Source: Verrucomicrobiia bacterium (GTDB taxonomy: Bacteria > Verrucomicrobiota > Verrucomicrobiia > Limisphaerales > UBA11358). Taken from it: a stretch of DNA of 54,048 nt. Of the stretch, positions 35,749 to 45,773 are shown in pieces. The stretch spans positions 1-54,048 of the forward strand of contig DASZCA010000366.1 in assembly GCA_035943555.1 (NCBI GenBank), given 5' to 3'. The notes under the pieces were generated by a model, which did no database searches, was not told where the DNA came from, and saw only the letters and a list, made by a program, of their open reading frames with translations. The first letter of the stretch is position 1. Every line of letters begins with the position of its first letter. Made by a program: the position numbers and the translations under genes.

Positions 35749-36899
35749 AACGCCAGTCGTAATGTCGCCGCCAGTTCATCGGGTGTCAGCGCGATGGGAT
35801 TTGCCTTCATGCTGCTCGCGTTCGCGGCCTTCGCGACAATGTCGGCCACGTGTTCCTCGCAGATGCCATAAGAGCCGAGCCTGGCCACCGGCAAATCTGA
35901 AACCAGCTTTTGCACCCATTCCATGCCAGCCTCGGCGGTGGCATTGGGATTGCCGGTGAGCAGCGAGGCCACGTGATAATAGCGGCGGAAAGCGGAGCTA
36001 TCCGGGTTTCGCGCGCGAAGGGCGCGAAGGTTTGCCGCCATGACGTGGGGCAATAGTGCGGCGCAGACGGCTCCATGCGGCGCGGTGAACATTCCACCAA
36101 TCGGCCCCGCAAATCCATGCACCGCCCCCAACCCGGCGTTGGCCAACGCCAAGCCGCCGAACAAACTTGCCAATGCCATGTCCTCGCGCGCGGCTTTGTT
36201 TTGACCGTTGAAGACGGCTTCACGCAATGACCGTGCCACGCGGCGGATGCCATCGTCGCAAAAATTGTCCGTCATGGGGTTTGCGCGGAGACAGACGTAT
36301 GGCTCGATAAGTTGCGTCAAGGCATCGAGTCCGGTGGCGGCGGTCAAGGCCGGCGGCAGGTCGTAAGTTAGTTCAGGATCGATGATGGCAAGGCGCGGCA
36401 ACATCGCTGCGCTGCGCAAGCTGACTTTCACCTTATGTTCCGGAGAAGCGAGAACGGCATTGCGCGTGACCTCGGCGCCGGTGCCGGCGGTGGTAGGGAT
36501 GGCGACGAAGGGAGCCGGCCGTTTTGTGAGGGGCTGGCCGCGGCCGATGATTTCGAGATGGTCGAACAGCGCGCCATGGTTGGTCATCATGGCGGCGATG
36601 GCCTTGCCGGCATCAATGACGCTGCCGCCACCAAAACTGATGACGAAATCGCATGCTTCGCGTTTAGCGAAGGCGACACCGTTTTCCACGGTGGAAATTT
36701 CCGGCTCGCCGGTGACGGCGAAAGTGGTTGTGCTGATTCCTGTGGTTGAAAGGATGGCCAACAGTTTTTCAGCGCGGGCTGGGTTGGCGCCGGTCACCAC
36801 CAACGCATGCCGGCCATAACCCTTCACATTTACGCCGGTGTGGCTGATGGCATCCGGACCGAAGATGATCCGCGTGGCAGTAGCGAATTCAAAGTTCAT
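35745..36899 (-). CDS. Iron-containing (group III) alcohol dehydrogenase
   Basis: I prefer ATG 36899 (MNFEFATATRIIFG), which is preceded by AAGGAG. GGGSVIDAGKA, IPTTAGTGAEVT, and a His-rich metal site region GAVHGFAGPIG...HGAVCAALLPHV. Confidence 0.93.
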   Translation of the reverse strand: MNFEFATATRIIFGPDAISHTGVNVKGYGRHALVVTGANPARAEKLLAILSTTGISTTTFAVTGEPEISTVENGVAFAKREACDFVISFGGGSVIDAGKAIAAMMTNHGALFDHLEIIGRGQPLTKRPAPFVAIPTTAGTGAEVTRNAVLASPEHKVKVSLRSAAMLPRLAIIDPELTYDLPPALTAATGLDALTQLIEPYVCLRANPMTDNFCDDGIRRVARSLREAVFNGQNKAAREDMALASLFGGLALANAGLGAVHGFAGPIGGMFTAPHGAVCAALLPHVMAANLRALRARNPDSSAFRRYYHVASLLTGNPNATAEAGMEWVQKLVSDLPVARLGSYGICEEHVADIVAKAANASSMKANPIALTPDELAATLRLAL

Positions 36900-36909
36900 G
36901 CCGCTCCTT

Positions 36910-37215
36910 TCACACGCTTCTGACATCCGGAAAAATGTCCGCGTACTTTGTGCTCGTGCGCGCCACCGCCATCAGGGACGCGGCTGTGTCGCGCCAGGCA
37001 AAATAATGCGCCGTTTCCCGGTGCGCCGCTTGTGCAGCGGCATCACGATAGATTTCGACGAGCACAAACCTTGACGGGTCATCGGTCTGTTGGAGGACAT
37101 CGAACCGTATTACTCCGTGTTCCTGCCTGCTGGCGCAGGCATTGAGCCGCGTTGCCACCATGAACGCTTCGAGCGCTTCCGGTTTCACCTGGATATGAAC
37201 GTGGACAATGAGCAT
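36910..37215 (-). CDS. Antibiotic-biosynthesis-monooxygenase (ABM) family protein / putative quinol monooxygenase
   Basis: MLIVHVHIQVKPEALEAFMVAT...GVIRFDVLQQTDDPSRFVLVEIYRDAAAQAAHRETAHY. The track start at 37248 is a GTG extension. Confidence 0.85.
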   Translation of the reverse strand: MLIVHVHIQVKPEALEAFMVATRLNACASRQEHGVIRFDVLQQTDDPSRFVLVEIYRDAAAQAAHRETAHYFAWRDTAASLMAVARTSTKYADIFPDVRSV

Positions 37216-37293
37216 CGGTGCGTGATAGCGGAAATTTTTTGCCGGCACAAGCGCGCTGGCAAATTAATCAGCTTTTGATATGCTGCCGGCATC

Positions 37294-38187
37294 ATGGCTG
37301 CCAAAATTGTGATCCCCGAGGAACTAAAAAAGGACCTGCCACAATCCCGTTGGGGGAAAATCTTGGGTGCGACGCCCATCGTGATGGCGGTCATCGCCAC
37401 CATGCTCGCCGGTCTCGCCTCCAGCGAGATGACCAAGGCGCAGTACGACCGCTCCCTCGCCGCCCAGCTCCAGTCCAAGGCCGGCGACCAGTGGAGCTAT
37501 TACCAGGCAAAAAAATTGCGCAGTTCCGTTGCCCGGAACACGATGGATCTCCTCGCCGCCACGGCCACCGGTGGAATAACCCCGCTCGATGCCGCTGTTT
37601 TGGAGAAAGCCGATGGTGTAACCATCGCCGCGCTCACCAAGGGCGAAGTTCCCGCCGCCATGCCCGCCAAGTTCGATAACAATGTCCAAGCCGCGCTGGA
37701 TGCCGTGGAAAGCTCCAACCCGGAAGCCGAAATTGAAGGACTGCTGGTCAAAGTGGATGTTAAGACGCTGGCGGACTCGCTTGCGGCCGCGCAGGACGCG
37801 GCAAACAAATTTGACGACGCGACCAAATCCATCAACAAAGCTTCGGACAAGTTCGACGAGAAGTTGATGGCGGGTGACCAAGGCGTGTTCCGCGGTTTCA
37901 GCGCGGCCCGGCTGCGCTACACGGCGGCGCGTTATGATACCGAAGCCCGGTTAAACCAATCCATCGCCAGCATCTATGAGTTGCAGGTGCGCAAGGGAAA
38001 CATGTCGGCCGAAAAACATCACAAGCGCAGCGGAAAGTTTTTCTTCGGAATGCTCGCGGCGCAGATGGCGGTCATCATCTCCACGTTCGCGATCGCCGCA
38101 CGACAGAAGAATTTTCTGTGGTCCATCGCCGCCGCCGCCGGTGCCGCCGCCGTGTCCTTCTCGGTCTACGTCTATCTGTACGTCTGA
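37294..38187 (+). CDS. DUF4337-like membrane protein
   Basis: 297 aa. TM VMAVIATMLAGLASS, the hallmark-like AGDQWSYYQAKKLR, and a C-terminal pair of TM helices FFFGMLAAQMAVIISTFAIAA / LWSIAAAAGAAAVSFSVYVYLYV. Confidence 0.7.
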   Translation: MAAKIVIPEELKKDLPQSRWGKILGATPIVMAVIATMLAGLASSEMTKAQYDRSLAAQLQSKAGDQWSYYQAKKLRSSVARNTMDLLAATATGGITPLDAAVLEKADGVTIAALTKGEVPAAMPAKFDNNVQAALDAVESSNPEAEIEGLLVKVDVKTLADSLAAAQDAANKFDDATKSINKASDKFDEKLMAGDQGVFRGFSAARLRYTAARYDTEARLNQSIASIYELQVRKGNMSAEKHHKRSGKFFFGMLAAQMAVIISTFAIAARQKNFLWSIAAAAGAAAVSFSVYVYLYV

Positions 38188-38212
38188 ACCAGAGTAGCGA
38201 CGAAAACAGATT

Positions 38213-39484
38213 TTAAGCACCGACTTTATCCGCCGCTACACGGCAGGTCAGCCGAAATTTGCCCGAGGCTGTCGGCACGAGTGTGGTCATCGCTTCCCCT
38301 TTGATGGCGGTGCGTGTCTGCAACAATGTTTCCAATTGCGCCGTCACACCATTCACGGCTTGCTCCGTGGGCCCAATGGTGTCAGGAATGAAACGCAACA
38401 TGCAGTCGCCGGTTTCGTTCTGTCGTAGTTCGTAGTGCGCGATGCCTTCTGCCTCCGTCAGGCACTGGTCTACCTGCCAAGTGGTCACCCGCGAGCCGTC
38501 GCCAGACGTCAGCGCATCCCGGATGCGGCCATGGACGATGAAGGTGTTGCCATTGGGACGGGTGATGCGTTCGGCGAGATCGCCGATGCGGTAGCGTAAC
38601 AGCGGCATGTAGTGGTTGCTTAAAGTCGTCACAATCAAATCACCGACATTGTGTGCATCGGCATCCACCGTCTCCAAAAAGGCCGTGCCCAAACTTTGTT
38701 TCATTTCCCCGGTTTCATTTTCCATGAGCAAGTGGCCGGTTTCAGTCGAACCATACAGGTTGAACACAGGCACTCCGAACACGCGCGCCAAAATTTTCCG
38801 ATGAACGACGCTCGTAAATTCATAGCTGCACAGGATGAACTTGAGCGACGGGAATTTGATCCCCTGCCGTTCGCAATAGAGGGCTAACCACACTGCGTGG
38901 ACCGGATCGGTATCGAGAAAGACAGGCGACCATTCGGTAATTTCTTCTGCCATACGCGCCAAGTCTGCCTCGCTGATCAAAAAAGGAATTCGCGCCAGGT
39001 TCACAAACAGGGATTGCTTGATGACGCGTTGTTCGCGCGACATCCAAACAGTGGGGCAGGTCAAACCGTTGCAAGAAGGGGAGGTGATGGTCACGCGACG
39101 GGCCTGAGGGTTTTCATCCAGAATTTTGGCCACCACGGGATTTAGCCGTAAGGCGCGTTGTTCCTGCTCGTCCCACCATGTGCGCCCAAAAATCACCGGC
39201 AACCGGTCCGACGTGGTGCCGGAAGTATGTTCCAATTCGATCAGATTTTTTTCCTGCAACGCTTCCAGCGAGGCGTTCTCGCCGAGAAAATTGCGCGGGA
39301 AATTCTCCCGCATGGAATTTTTGCCGAGCAGCGGAATTTTTTTAAATTGGTTGGGGGTGATGATGGCGTTGCCGAACGGAGCGAGGGCCTCACGGTAAAT
39401 GGGAGCGGAGCGCCAGCGCGACAACAGTTCGGCCAGATGTGCGGGTAGTCCCGTTTCAGGAATGATTTCCAGTGGTGCCAGCAT
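38213..39484 (-). CDS. Adenylate-forming enzyme of the phenylacetate-CoA ligase / coenzyme F390 synthetase-like family
   Basis: 423 aa. AMP-binding core variant LEHTSGTTSDRLPV, YGSTETG, and a C-terminal small domain. Confidence 0.85.
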   Translation of the reverse strand: MLAPLEIIPETGLPAHLAELLSRWRSAPIYREALAPFGNAIITPNQFKKIPLLGKNSMRENFPRNFLGENASLEALQEKNLIELEHTSGTTSDRLPVIFGRTWWDEQEQRALRLNPVVAKILDENPQARRVTITSPSCNGLTCPTVWMSREQRVIKQSLFVNLARIPFLISEADLARMAEEITEWSPVFLDTDPVHAVWLALYCERQGIKFPSLKFILCSYEFTSVVHRKILARVFGVPVFNLYGSTETGHLLMENETGEMKQSLGTAFLETVDADAHNVGDLIVTTLSNHYMPLLRYRIGDLAERITRPNGNTFIVHGRIRDALTSGDGSRVTTWQVDQCLTEAEGIAHYELRQNETGDCMLRFIPDTIGPTEQAVNGVTAQLETLLQTRTAIKGEAMTTLVPTASGKFRLTCRVAADKVGA

Positions 39485-39685
39485 GGGTGGAAATATACAC
39501 GGGATTGCCGAAAATCAAATTGCCATGCCCGCTCAAATTGGGTGGAAGGCTGGCGAAATTTGCGGTGTGAAACCATTTGCTAGAATCAAAAACTAGGTTA
39601 TGGTATCAGCTGCCTTACTAATCAGCCGGTAGGGGCAAAGAAATCAACAATCCTAATCACCATTTGTCATTGGTCTTAAGCGACA

Positions 39686-42058
39686 ATGAAAAATGGAGCA
39701 GTAGTTATTATGAATGCCCTGATCGGAAATCCTTTTAGTTCACGCTGCCGCGTTTTTTTGCCACTTTTCGTGGCGGTGATGGGCATTTTTATCCCCCTCA
39801 AAACTCTGGCTACGCCGCCGCCCGGTTATTATTTGGTATGGAGCGATGAATTCAACGGCAACGGATTGGATTTCTCCAAATGGTATTACTTTAACCAAGT
39901 CTCCCAAGATACGGTAGACACCATTGATGCGATCACGGTCACCAACGGCTATCTGACCATCAATACGTACACAACGAATGGCGTCAATTATAGCGGAATC
40001 ATCGGCAATGACGGTCATTACCGGTCGTTCTACGGCTATTATGAGTCCAGCATATCATTCGTTGACACCAACAGCACATGGTCGGCGTTTTGGTTGCAAT
40101 CGCCTACCGAGGGCCAGCACATCGGTGATCCGTCCGCCTCGGGCGCGGAAGTGGACATGGCCGAACACCGGTATGTTGATGTGAACACAAACCTGGTCTG
40201 GGATTCCGTGCAGGAAACCCTGCATTGGGATGGATATGCCGGTGCCGAACAAACGGTCAATCCGGGCCAGGAAGGCTCGGGGTTAAATGCGGGTTTTCAC
40301 ACCTACAGTGTGTTATGGACGCCGGTCGATTACGAATATGGCATTGATGGGGTTACAAATCTGGTAACGACCGCCGGGCATTCGGACCGGACCGAGGTCA
40401 TCATGTTCAGCGCGCAGTCGCAGACGCCATCTTGGGCGGGAAAAGCACCGCCCGGAGGCTTTGGCCCGCTGGGTGTGAGCGCTGTGAAAACGACGGTGGA
40501 TTATGTGCGCTATTATGCCCCGCCCCAGATGATCATCTGGACTGGAGCGGGTTCTTCAGATTGGAGTGATACAAACAACTGGTTTGCGAACATGAAGGCC
40601 ACGGCGACCAACGACGTAGTGTTCAACTGGTTGAGCACCGGTAATTTTAACATCCCGCTGGCGCAACCCACGGCCGTGAATTCATTGAACATCCAGGAAA
40701 CGCCGCCGATGGACTTCAGTGGCAGCACGCTGACAATCGGCAAGGGTGGCATCAACATGCTATCAGCGCTCAACAATTCTGTCATCGAAGCGCCGTTGAA
40801 CTTGGCGGCGGATCAATCTTGGAAGACCGCATCAGGAACCCAGTTGACTGTTAAAAACCAGATCACCGGCCCGGGCGTCCTGACCGTGGGTGGCTGGGGT
40901 ACGGTGGAAATCGCGGGGACAAATTCATGTGTCATGGTCCCCCTGAACGGCTTGGTGTCGGTTTCGGGCAAAAACGCCAACGCCATCTACATGGGCGGCG
41001 GGACGCTGACGGGCACCGGATTGTTTACCGGTTTTATCCAGGTTAATGGTGGAACTTTGGCGGTTAATCTAGGCACGCAAGTCACCATCAGCAATGCCTT
41101 GGTCATTCAAGGATATGGCACCGCGACATTTGCGGTTGATGCCACAGCTAATGCTGCTGGTAAAATCGCCGGACTTTCTTCTGTCAACTATGGCGGCACC
41201 CTCATTCTGAACAACGTTTCTGGTCCTTTTGCAGCAACCAACACTTTTAAATTATTTGACGCCGCGGGTTACGCGGGCAGTTTTGCCAGTATCGTACCTT
41301 CCGTCCCGGGCTATCTGCTGGCTTGGGATACCAGTACGCTGACCAATGACGGCACTTTGCGGATAAAATCTGTTGTGCCCGTGGCCACCACCAATGTGGT
41401 GGAAAGCCGTTCCGGCAACAGCACCACGGGTGCAAATAATCCGGCATTTTCTTATACCGGATTTTCCAGCACGATCTCCGCGACTTTTAGCACGGCAGCC
41501 GGTTGCACGGCCACCAGCAGCCGCTTTTCCAATACCGCCCAGCCGACAACCGCCTTTTCCGTTACCCCGACGCTTTTGGTCGGGCCGACTTATAATGTCG
41601 ATGTCACTTGGGGGAAAAATACAGGCACTTCCATGGAGGCAAACACCCTGACCATCGCCCCCAGCGCCAGCGGCGTTTCCGCCACCACCTTTCCCGCCTC
41701 AACACTGGCTTTTTCCAGCGGTCCGGCCAACACCACAAACAGCGTCTGGAAAAACATCGGCACCATCACCCCCACTACAACTTCGCCCACGGTCACCTTC
41801 ACCTACGTCAGCGGCATGGGTACCGGTCGCTTCTATGCCACGGCTGTCCGTTTTACTTCCGTTTTGCCAACGCCGGGCACTATGTCCTTTGCCATGGCGG
41901 GCAGTACGAACATGGTCTTGAACTGGTCGGGCACTTTTACGCTGCAGAGTTCTACCAATGTGGCCGGGCCTTACGTGGACGTTCCGGGACCGGTGATCAA
42001 CGGCCCTTACACAAATGCCATGAACAGCGGACAACAATTCTTCCGCTTGCATAATTGA
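39686..42058 (+). CDS. Secreted GH16-family glycoside hydrolase fused to autotransporter-associated beta-strand repeats, a golvesin-C-like module and the shared C-terminal module
   Basis: 790 aa. YYLVWSDEFNGNGLDFSKW and the catalytic-type motif GAEVDMAEH (ExDxxE). IWTGAGSSDWSDTNNWF. Repeats GGGTLTGTGLFTGFIQVNGGTLAV. YNVDVTWGKN...RFYATAVRFTSV. Ends in FTLQSSTNVAGPYVDV...QQFFRLHN*. Confidence 0.88.
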   Translation: MKNGAVVIMNALIGNPFSSRCRVFLPLFVAVMGIFIPLKTLATPPPGYYLVWSDEFNGNGLDFSKWYYFNQVSQDTVDTIDAITVTNGYLTINTYTTNGVNYSGIIGNDGHYRSFYGYYESSISFVDTNSTWSAFWLQSPTEGQHIGDPSASGAEVDMAEHRYVDVNTNLVWDSVQETLHWDGYAGAEQTVNPGQEGSGLNAGFHTYSVLWTPVDYEYGIDGVTNLVTTAGHSDRTEVIMFSAQSQTPSWAGKAPPGGFGPLGVSAVKTTVDYVRYYAPPQMIIWTGAGSSDWSDTNNWFANMKATATNDVVFNWLSTGNFNIPLAQPTAVNSLNIQETPPMDFSGSTLTIGKGGINMLSALNNSVIEAPLNLAADQSWKTASGTQLTVKNQITGPGVLTVGGWGTVEIAGTNSCVMVPLNGLVSVSGKNANAIYMGGGTLTGTGLFTGFIQVNGGTLAVNLGTQVTISNALVIQGYGTATFAVDATANAAGKIAGLSSVNYGGTLILNNVSGPFAATNTFKLFDAAGYAGSFASIVPSVPGYLLAWDTSTLTNDGTLRIKSVVPVATTNVVESRSGNSTTGANNPAFSYTGFSSTISATFSTAAGCTATSSRFSNTAQPTTAFSVTPTLLVGPTYNVDVTWGKNTGTSMEANTLTIAPSASGVSATTFPASTLAFSSGPANTTNSVWKNIGTITPTTTSPTVTFTYVSGMGTGRFYATAVRFTSVLPTPGTMSFAMAGSTNMVLNWSGTFTLQSSTNVAGPYVDVPGPVINGPYTNAMNSGQQFFRLHN

Positions 42059-42179
42059 GCGGCAACGTGGTTGCCAAGGCTGTCAGCCAGCGCGGGTCGT
42101 TCGGCAGTCAAATTGCTTTGACTAAGGAAGGCATGAATGTTTCCTTTTCGCCGGCAAACCATATCAGAACAATAATCCA

Positions 42180-42803
42180 ATGATCAAAAAACTGCTTACC
42201 ACATCCGCGGCCGTCCTCGCTCTGTTCATTCTCACGTCCACGCTATCCGCCCAGAGTGTCAAACTGGAATCCGGCGACCTTGGATTTTTGAAAGGCGGAA
42301 CGACCTTAAATGTCGAATTTGTCTACGACGGTCTCACAGTCGGCAAACTGACCGAGCAAGCATACATTGATAAACGCGTTTCCGAGGCAAACGCCAAGCA
42401 GGCTGGCACCGGTGACCAGTGGCTGGTAAAATGGAAGGCCGATCGCACGGAACATTTTGAGCCGAAGTTTGCCGAACTGATGAACAAGCAGTTCACGGAT
42501 CGTAAAACGACATTGAAATTAGACCGTGACCCCGCTGCGAAATATACTTTGGTGCTCAAAACCACCAATCTCGACCCGGGTTATAACATCGGCATCATGC
42601 GCGCGCCGGCTTCCGTCAGCACGACAGCTGAGTTCTATGATACTAAAGACCGTAGCAAAACGCTCGCGGTGGTTAACATCCTCAAGGCACCCGGTCGCGA
42701 TGGCATGGGCTATGACTTCGACGCCGGATATCGGTTGCAGGAAGGTTACGCCAAGACCGGCAAAGAACTAGGGAACCTCATCTGTAAAAAAGTCGCGAAC
42801 TGA
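42180..42803 (+). CDS. Hypothetical secreted protein
   Basis: 207 aa. Signal MIKKLLTTSAAVLALFILTSTLSAQ. Good coding look. No family recognised. Confidence 0.7.
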   Translation: MIKKLLTTSAAVLALFILTSTLSAQSVKLESGDLGFLKGGTTLNVEFVYDGLTVGKLTEQAYIDKRVSEANAKQAGTGDQWLVKWKADRTEHFEPKFAELMNKQFTDRKTTLKLDRDPAAKYTLVLKTTNLDPGYNIGIMRAPASVSTTAEFYDTKDRSKTLAVVNILKAPGRDGMGYDFDAGYRLQEGYAKTGKELGNLICKKVAN

Positions 42804-42826
42804 ACGGTTACAGATTCAACAAGAAT

Positions 42827-42861
42827 AACGGCGGGGATGAAAATCCGCGCCGTTTTTATTT
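42827..42861. terminator. Bidirectional rho-independent-type terminator between convergent genes
   Basis: AACGGCG-g-GGAT-GAAA-ATCC-g-CGCCGTT: 6+4 bp stem with one G/G mismatch and a GAAA tetraloop, followed by TTTTTATTT. It overlaps the stop of the minus-strand gene (42856-42858). Confidence 0.6.
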
Positions 42862-43587
42862 GCCGGCGTCCACCGGTTTCGCGGGCGCCTCTGCCTTGGC
42901 CGCCTTCTCGGCCTTTTGCTTCGCGGCGAAATCTTTCCGTGCCTGCGCCGCGTCGATGCCCTGCGTCACAAAGTATTCTTCCTCGATCTTGATTTTGTAT
43001 TTCTTGAAAAACGCGGACATCTCTTTGACGTCCACGCAATCGAGCGATTCTTCTGCCGCCGCCTTCATGTTTTTTAACACCACTGCCTTTTGTTCCTCGG
43101 TCAGTTTCGGGAAGATCTGGAGGTAAACAGCGTAGGTTACCTTCACCTTGTTGATGCTATATGCCTCTTTGACCGCCTCAACCTGCTCCGGGGTTAGTAA
43201 TGCCCCCAAATCCGCCACGAATTTTTCATGCTGTGGCTGAATCGCGGCATAGACGCCGGCGATTTTATCCAGCGCGGCGTTGGCAGCGGTTACATTTTTG
43301 GCAGAACGGGCCTTGTCGAATTCACTCCACAAGTCCTTGATCTGGGTATCGTTGGCCGTGTGCCATGCCTGAAGCATTTTGAACCGGCTGGCGAGAATTT
43401 CATGAACCTTCGATTCTTTGTCCGCGTCGGAAAGCTTCAGGGCCGCCAGTTCGGGTTTGATGTGTTTTTCAACCGTGGCTTGCTCTTTATCGGCCACGGC
43501 GTCCGTTCTGTTGGTTTGGGCGTGAACCAGATGCGGGGTAGCCAGCGTGACGCCGATGAGCAGCGCAATGGGGAGGATGTGTTTCAT
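42856..43587 (-). CDS. DUF3826-like secreted protein with a Lys/Ala-rich tail
   Basis: ATG 43587 gives MKHILPIALLIGVTLATPHLVHA (the track start at 43599 is TTG). KVKVTYAVYLQIFPKLTEEQKAVVLKNMKAAAEESLDCVDVKEMSAFFKKYKIKIEEEY follows the DUF3826 pattern as I recall it. Confidence 0.72.
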   Translation of the reverse strand: MKHILPIALLIGVTLATPHLVHAQTNRTDAVADKEQATVEKHIKPELAALKLSDADKESKVHEILASRFKMLQAWHTANDTQIKDLWSEFDKARSAKNVTAANAALDKIAGVYAAIQPQHEKFVADLGALLTPEQVEAVKEAYSINKVKVTYAVYLQIFPKLTEEQKAVVLKNMKAAAEESLDCVDVKEMSAFFKKYKIKIEEEYFVTQGIDAAQARKDFAAKQKAEKAAKAEAPAKPVDAGK

Positions 43588-43686
43588 GGCTATATACAAG
43601 GTCCGCTGCTCTGCAAAGTCAATGGCAAGACCCCGGCGAAAGTGCCAAAAAACATGAAGAAACTGAATGCCAGAAGCAGAGCCGGT

Positions 43687-44985
43687 TCATAATTTTGGCA
43701 GTTTGCCACCGCGCGCCAGTTGCAGATTGCGGTTTAAAGTTTCCGGCGAGAGCTCCTTTTCCCAACGGCTGATAACTACAGTAGCCACGCCGTTGCCGAT
43801 AAAATTGGTGAGCGCCCGGCACTCGCTCATGAACCGGTCAACTCCCACCAGCAACGCCAATGATTCGACCGGGATGCCCGGCACCGCCTGCAAAGTTGCT
43901 GCCAGCGTGATAAAGCCCGCGCCTGTGACACCGCTCGCGCCCTTGGAGGTGATCATCGCAATGACCAACAGGCTGATTTGCGCGCCCAAAGTCAGCGGCG
44001 TGTTGGTCGCTTGGGCGAGGAATACCGCGGCCATGGCCATATAGATGTTTGTGCCATCAAGATTAAAGCTGTAGCCGGTTGGCACCACCAAGCCCACGGT
44101 GGATTTGGTGCAGCCAAGCCGCTGCATCTTTTCGATCAATCCCGGCAACGCCGGTTCAGAAGAGCTGGTCCCAAGGATGAGGAATAACTCATCTTTGAGA
44201 AATGCCAGCAGTCGGAAAATGGAGAAGCCACACCACCAGGCGATGGAGCCCAACACCACGACGACAAACAATCCTGAGGTCAGGTAAATACCCGCCAATA
44301 GCAGCAGCAGTTTATTTAAAGTCCCCATGCCATGTGCGCCCACGGTGTACGCCATGGCTCCGAATGCACCGATGGGCGCCGCTTTCACGACGATATGCAT
44401 TACGCCAAAAAACATCTGGGCGCCATATTCGATGCCCCGCAACACGGGTTGCCCACGTTCACCCATGCCGGCGATCGCGAATGCCACCAAAGCCGCCACC
44501 AGTAACACCTGCAAGAGATCGCCCGAAACAAACGCGCTGAAAAGCGTGTTCGGGATGATGTTCAGAACAAACTCCGTGGCGCTGGGCGCATGGGCCTTGT
44601 CGTCATAAACGTGTCCGGCATCCAAAGCAGACGGGCCGGTGTGAAATTTCTCGCCCGGCGGCGTCAGGCCCGCGCCCGGTTGCAGTACATTTACCACCAC
44701 AAGTCCGATGATCAGCGCGATGGTGGAAACGGTCTCGAAATACAATAGCGTCTTCAGGCCGGTGCGCCCGAGTTTTTTCAGATCACCCACGGCCGCAACG
44801 CCGTGAACGACCGTGCAAAAAATGATCGGCCCGATGAGCATCTTCACCAGCTTGATGAAGCCATCACCGAGCGGTTTCATTGAAGTTCCGAAATCCGGAA
44901 AGAGGGAGCCGACTACAACACCCGCGCCGACGGCGAGCAGCACCTGCAAGTAGAGAATTTTATACCAGGGTTTACCGGCGGGCAT
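43687..44985 (-). CDS. dctA: C4-dicarboxylate / dicarboxylate-amino acid:cation symporter (DAACS family)
   Basis: 432 aa. WYKILYLQVLLAVGAGVVVG, LIKMLIGPIIFCTVVHG, SSSEPALP, GYSFNLDGT, ITSKGASGVTGAGFI. Confidence 0.95.
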   Translation of the reverse strand: MPAGKPWYKILYLQVLLAVGAGVVVGSLFPDFGTSMKPLGDGFIKLVKMLIGPIIFCTVVHGVAAVGDLKKLGRTGLKTLLYFETVSTIALIIGLVVVNVLQPGAGLTPPGEKFHTGPSALDAGHVYDDKAHAPSATEFVLNIIPNTLFSAFVSGDLLQVLLVAALVAFAIAGMGERGQPVLRGIEYGAQMFFGVMHIVVKAAPIGAFGAMAYTVGAHGMGTLNKLLLLLAGIYLTSGLFVVVVLGSIAWWCGFSIFRLLAFLKDELFLILGTSSSEPALPGLIEKMQRLGCTKSTVGLVVPTGYSFNLDGTNIYMAMAAVFLAQATNTPLTLGAQISLLVIAMITSKGASGVTGAGFITLAATLQAVPGIPVESLALLVGVDRFMSECRALTNFIGNGVATVVISRWEKELSPETLNRNLQLARGGKLPKL

Positions 44986-45060
44986 GCCGATGTTTAACGA
45001 CTGCCACCGGCCGGGTCAAGACCGGGTAAACTCGGGAGGGAAGATGATTCGGGGCACCGG

Positions 45061-45741
45061 TTACCAAGGACGGTCAAGATCGTGGCCCCGTTTGCGGGTC
45101 TTGGGCCGGTCCGGTTCTATAATTTCTTCGGGGACCGCCTGCGATTGGATGGCCGTCATCATTTCATCGATCACGCCCAGCAACTCCTGCCGCCCCTGGG
45201 CCGTGTTGGCCGAGCAGGTAAAAGTGGTTGGCGACTGGACGAACCACGATGCAATGGCCGCCATGAACGCGGCGATATTCGCCTGTGCGGCCGCCGTCGT
45301 CACCTTGTCCAGCTTGGTGAAGACGAGGACGAACGGCACTTCGTTGCGAACAAGCCACTCGATGAATTCCAAGTCGATCTCCTGCGGCGTCAGCCCGGAA
45401 TCTACCAAGGCGAAGACCAGGGAAAGGTTGGCGCGATGCTTGAGATAATTCGCCACCGCCTTGTTGAATTTCTTGCTTTCCTTCTTGGCGCCTTCGGCGA
45501 AGCCATACCCCGGCAAATCCACCAGTCGCCATGTTTTGTTGATGGTGAAAATGTTGATCATCTTCGTGAATCCTGGCTTGGGCGAAACACGCGCCAGACC
45601 CTGTTCGCCTGCCAGCATGTTTAACAACGACGATTTGCCCACGTTCGAGCGGCCGATGAACGCGAACTCAGGCAACGACTCGTCCGGACATGCGTCCAGA
45701 TCCGGCGCGCTGCAATGAAAAATGGCGGATGAAATTTGCAC
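45061..45741 (-). CDS. engB: Ribosome-biogenesis GTPase EngB/YihA with a C-terminal basic extension
   Basis: 226 aa. G1 FIGRSNVGKSSLLN, G3 LVDLPGYG, G4 TKLDK. Confidence 0.93.
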   Translation of the reverse strand: MQISSAIFHCSAPDLDACPDESLPEFAFIGRSNVGKSSLLNMLAGEQGLARVSPKPGFTKMINIFTINKTWRLVDLPGYGFAEGAKKESKKFNKAVANYLKHRANLSLVFALVDSGLTPQEIDLEFIEWLVRNEVPFVLVFTKLDKVTTAAAQANIAAFMAAIASWFVQSPTTFTCSANTAQGRQELLGVIDEMMTAIQSQAVPEEIIEPDRPKTRKRGHDLDRPW

Positions 45742-45773
45742 GATAAAAACCGAGCCCTGATTGTCGCACTAAA

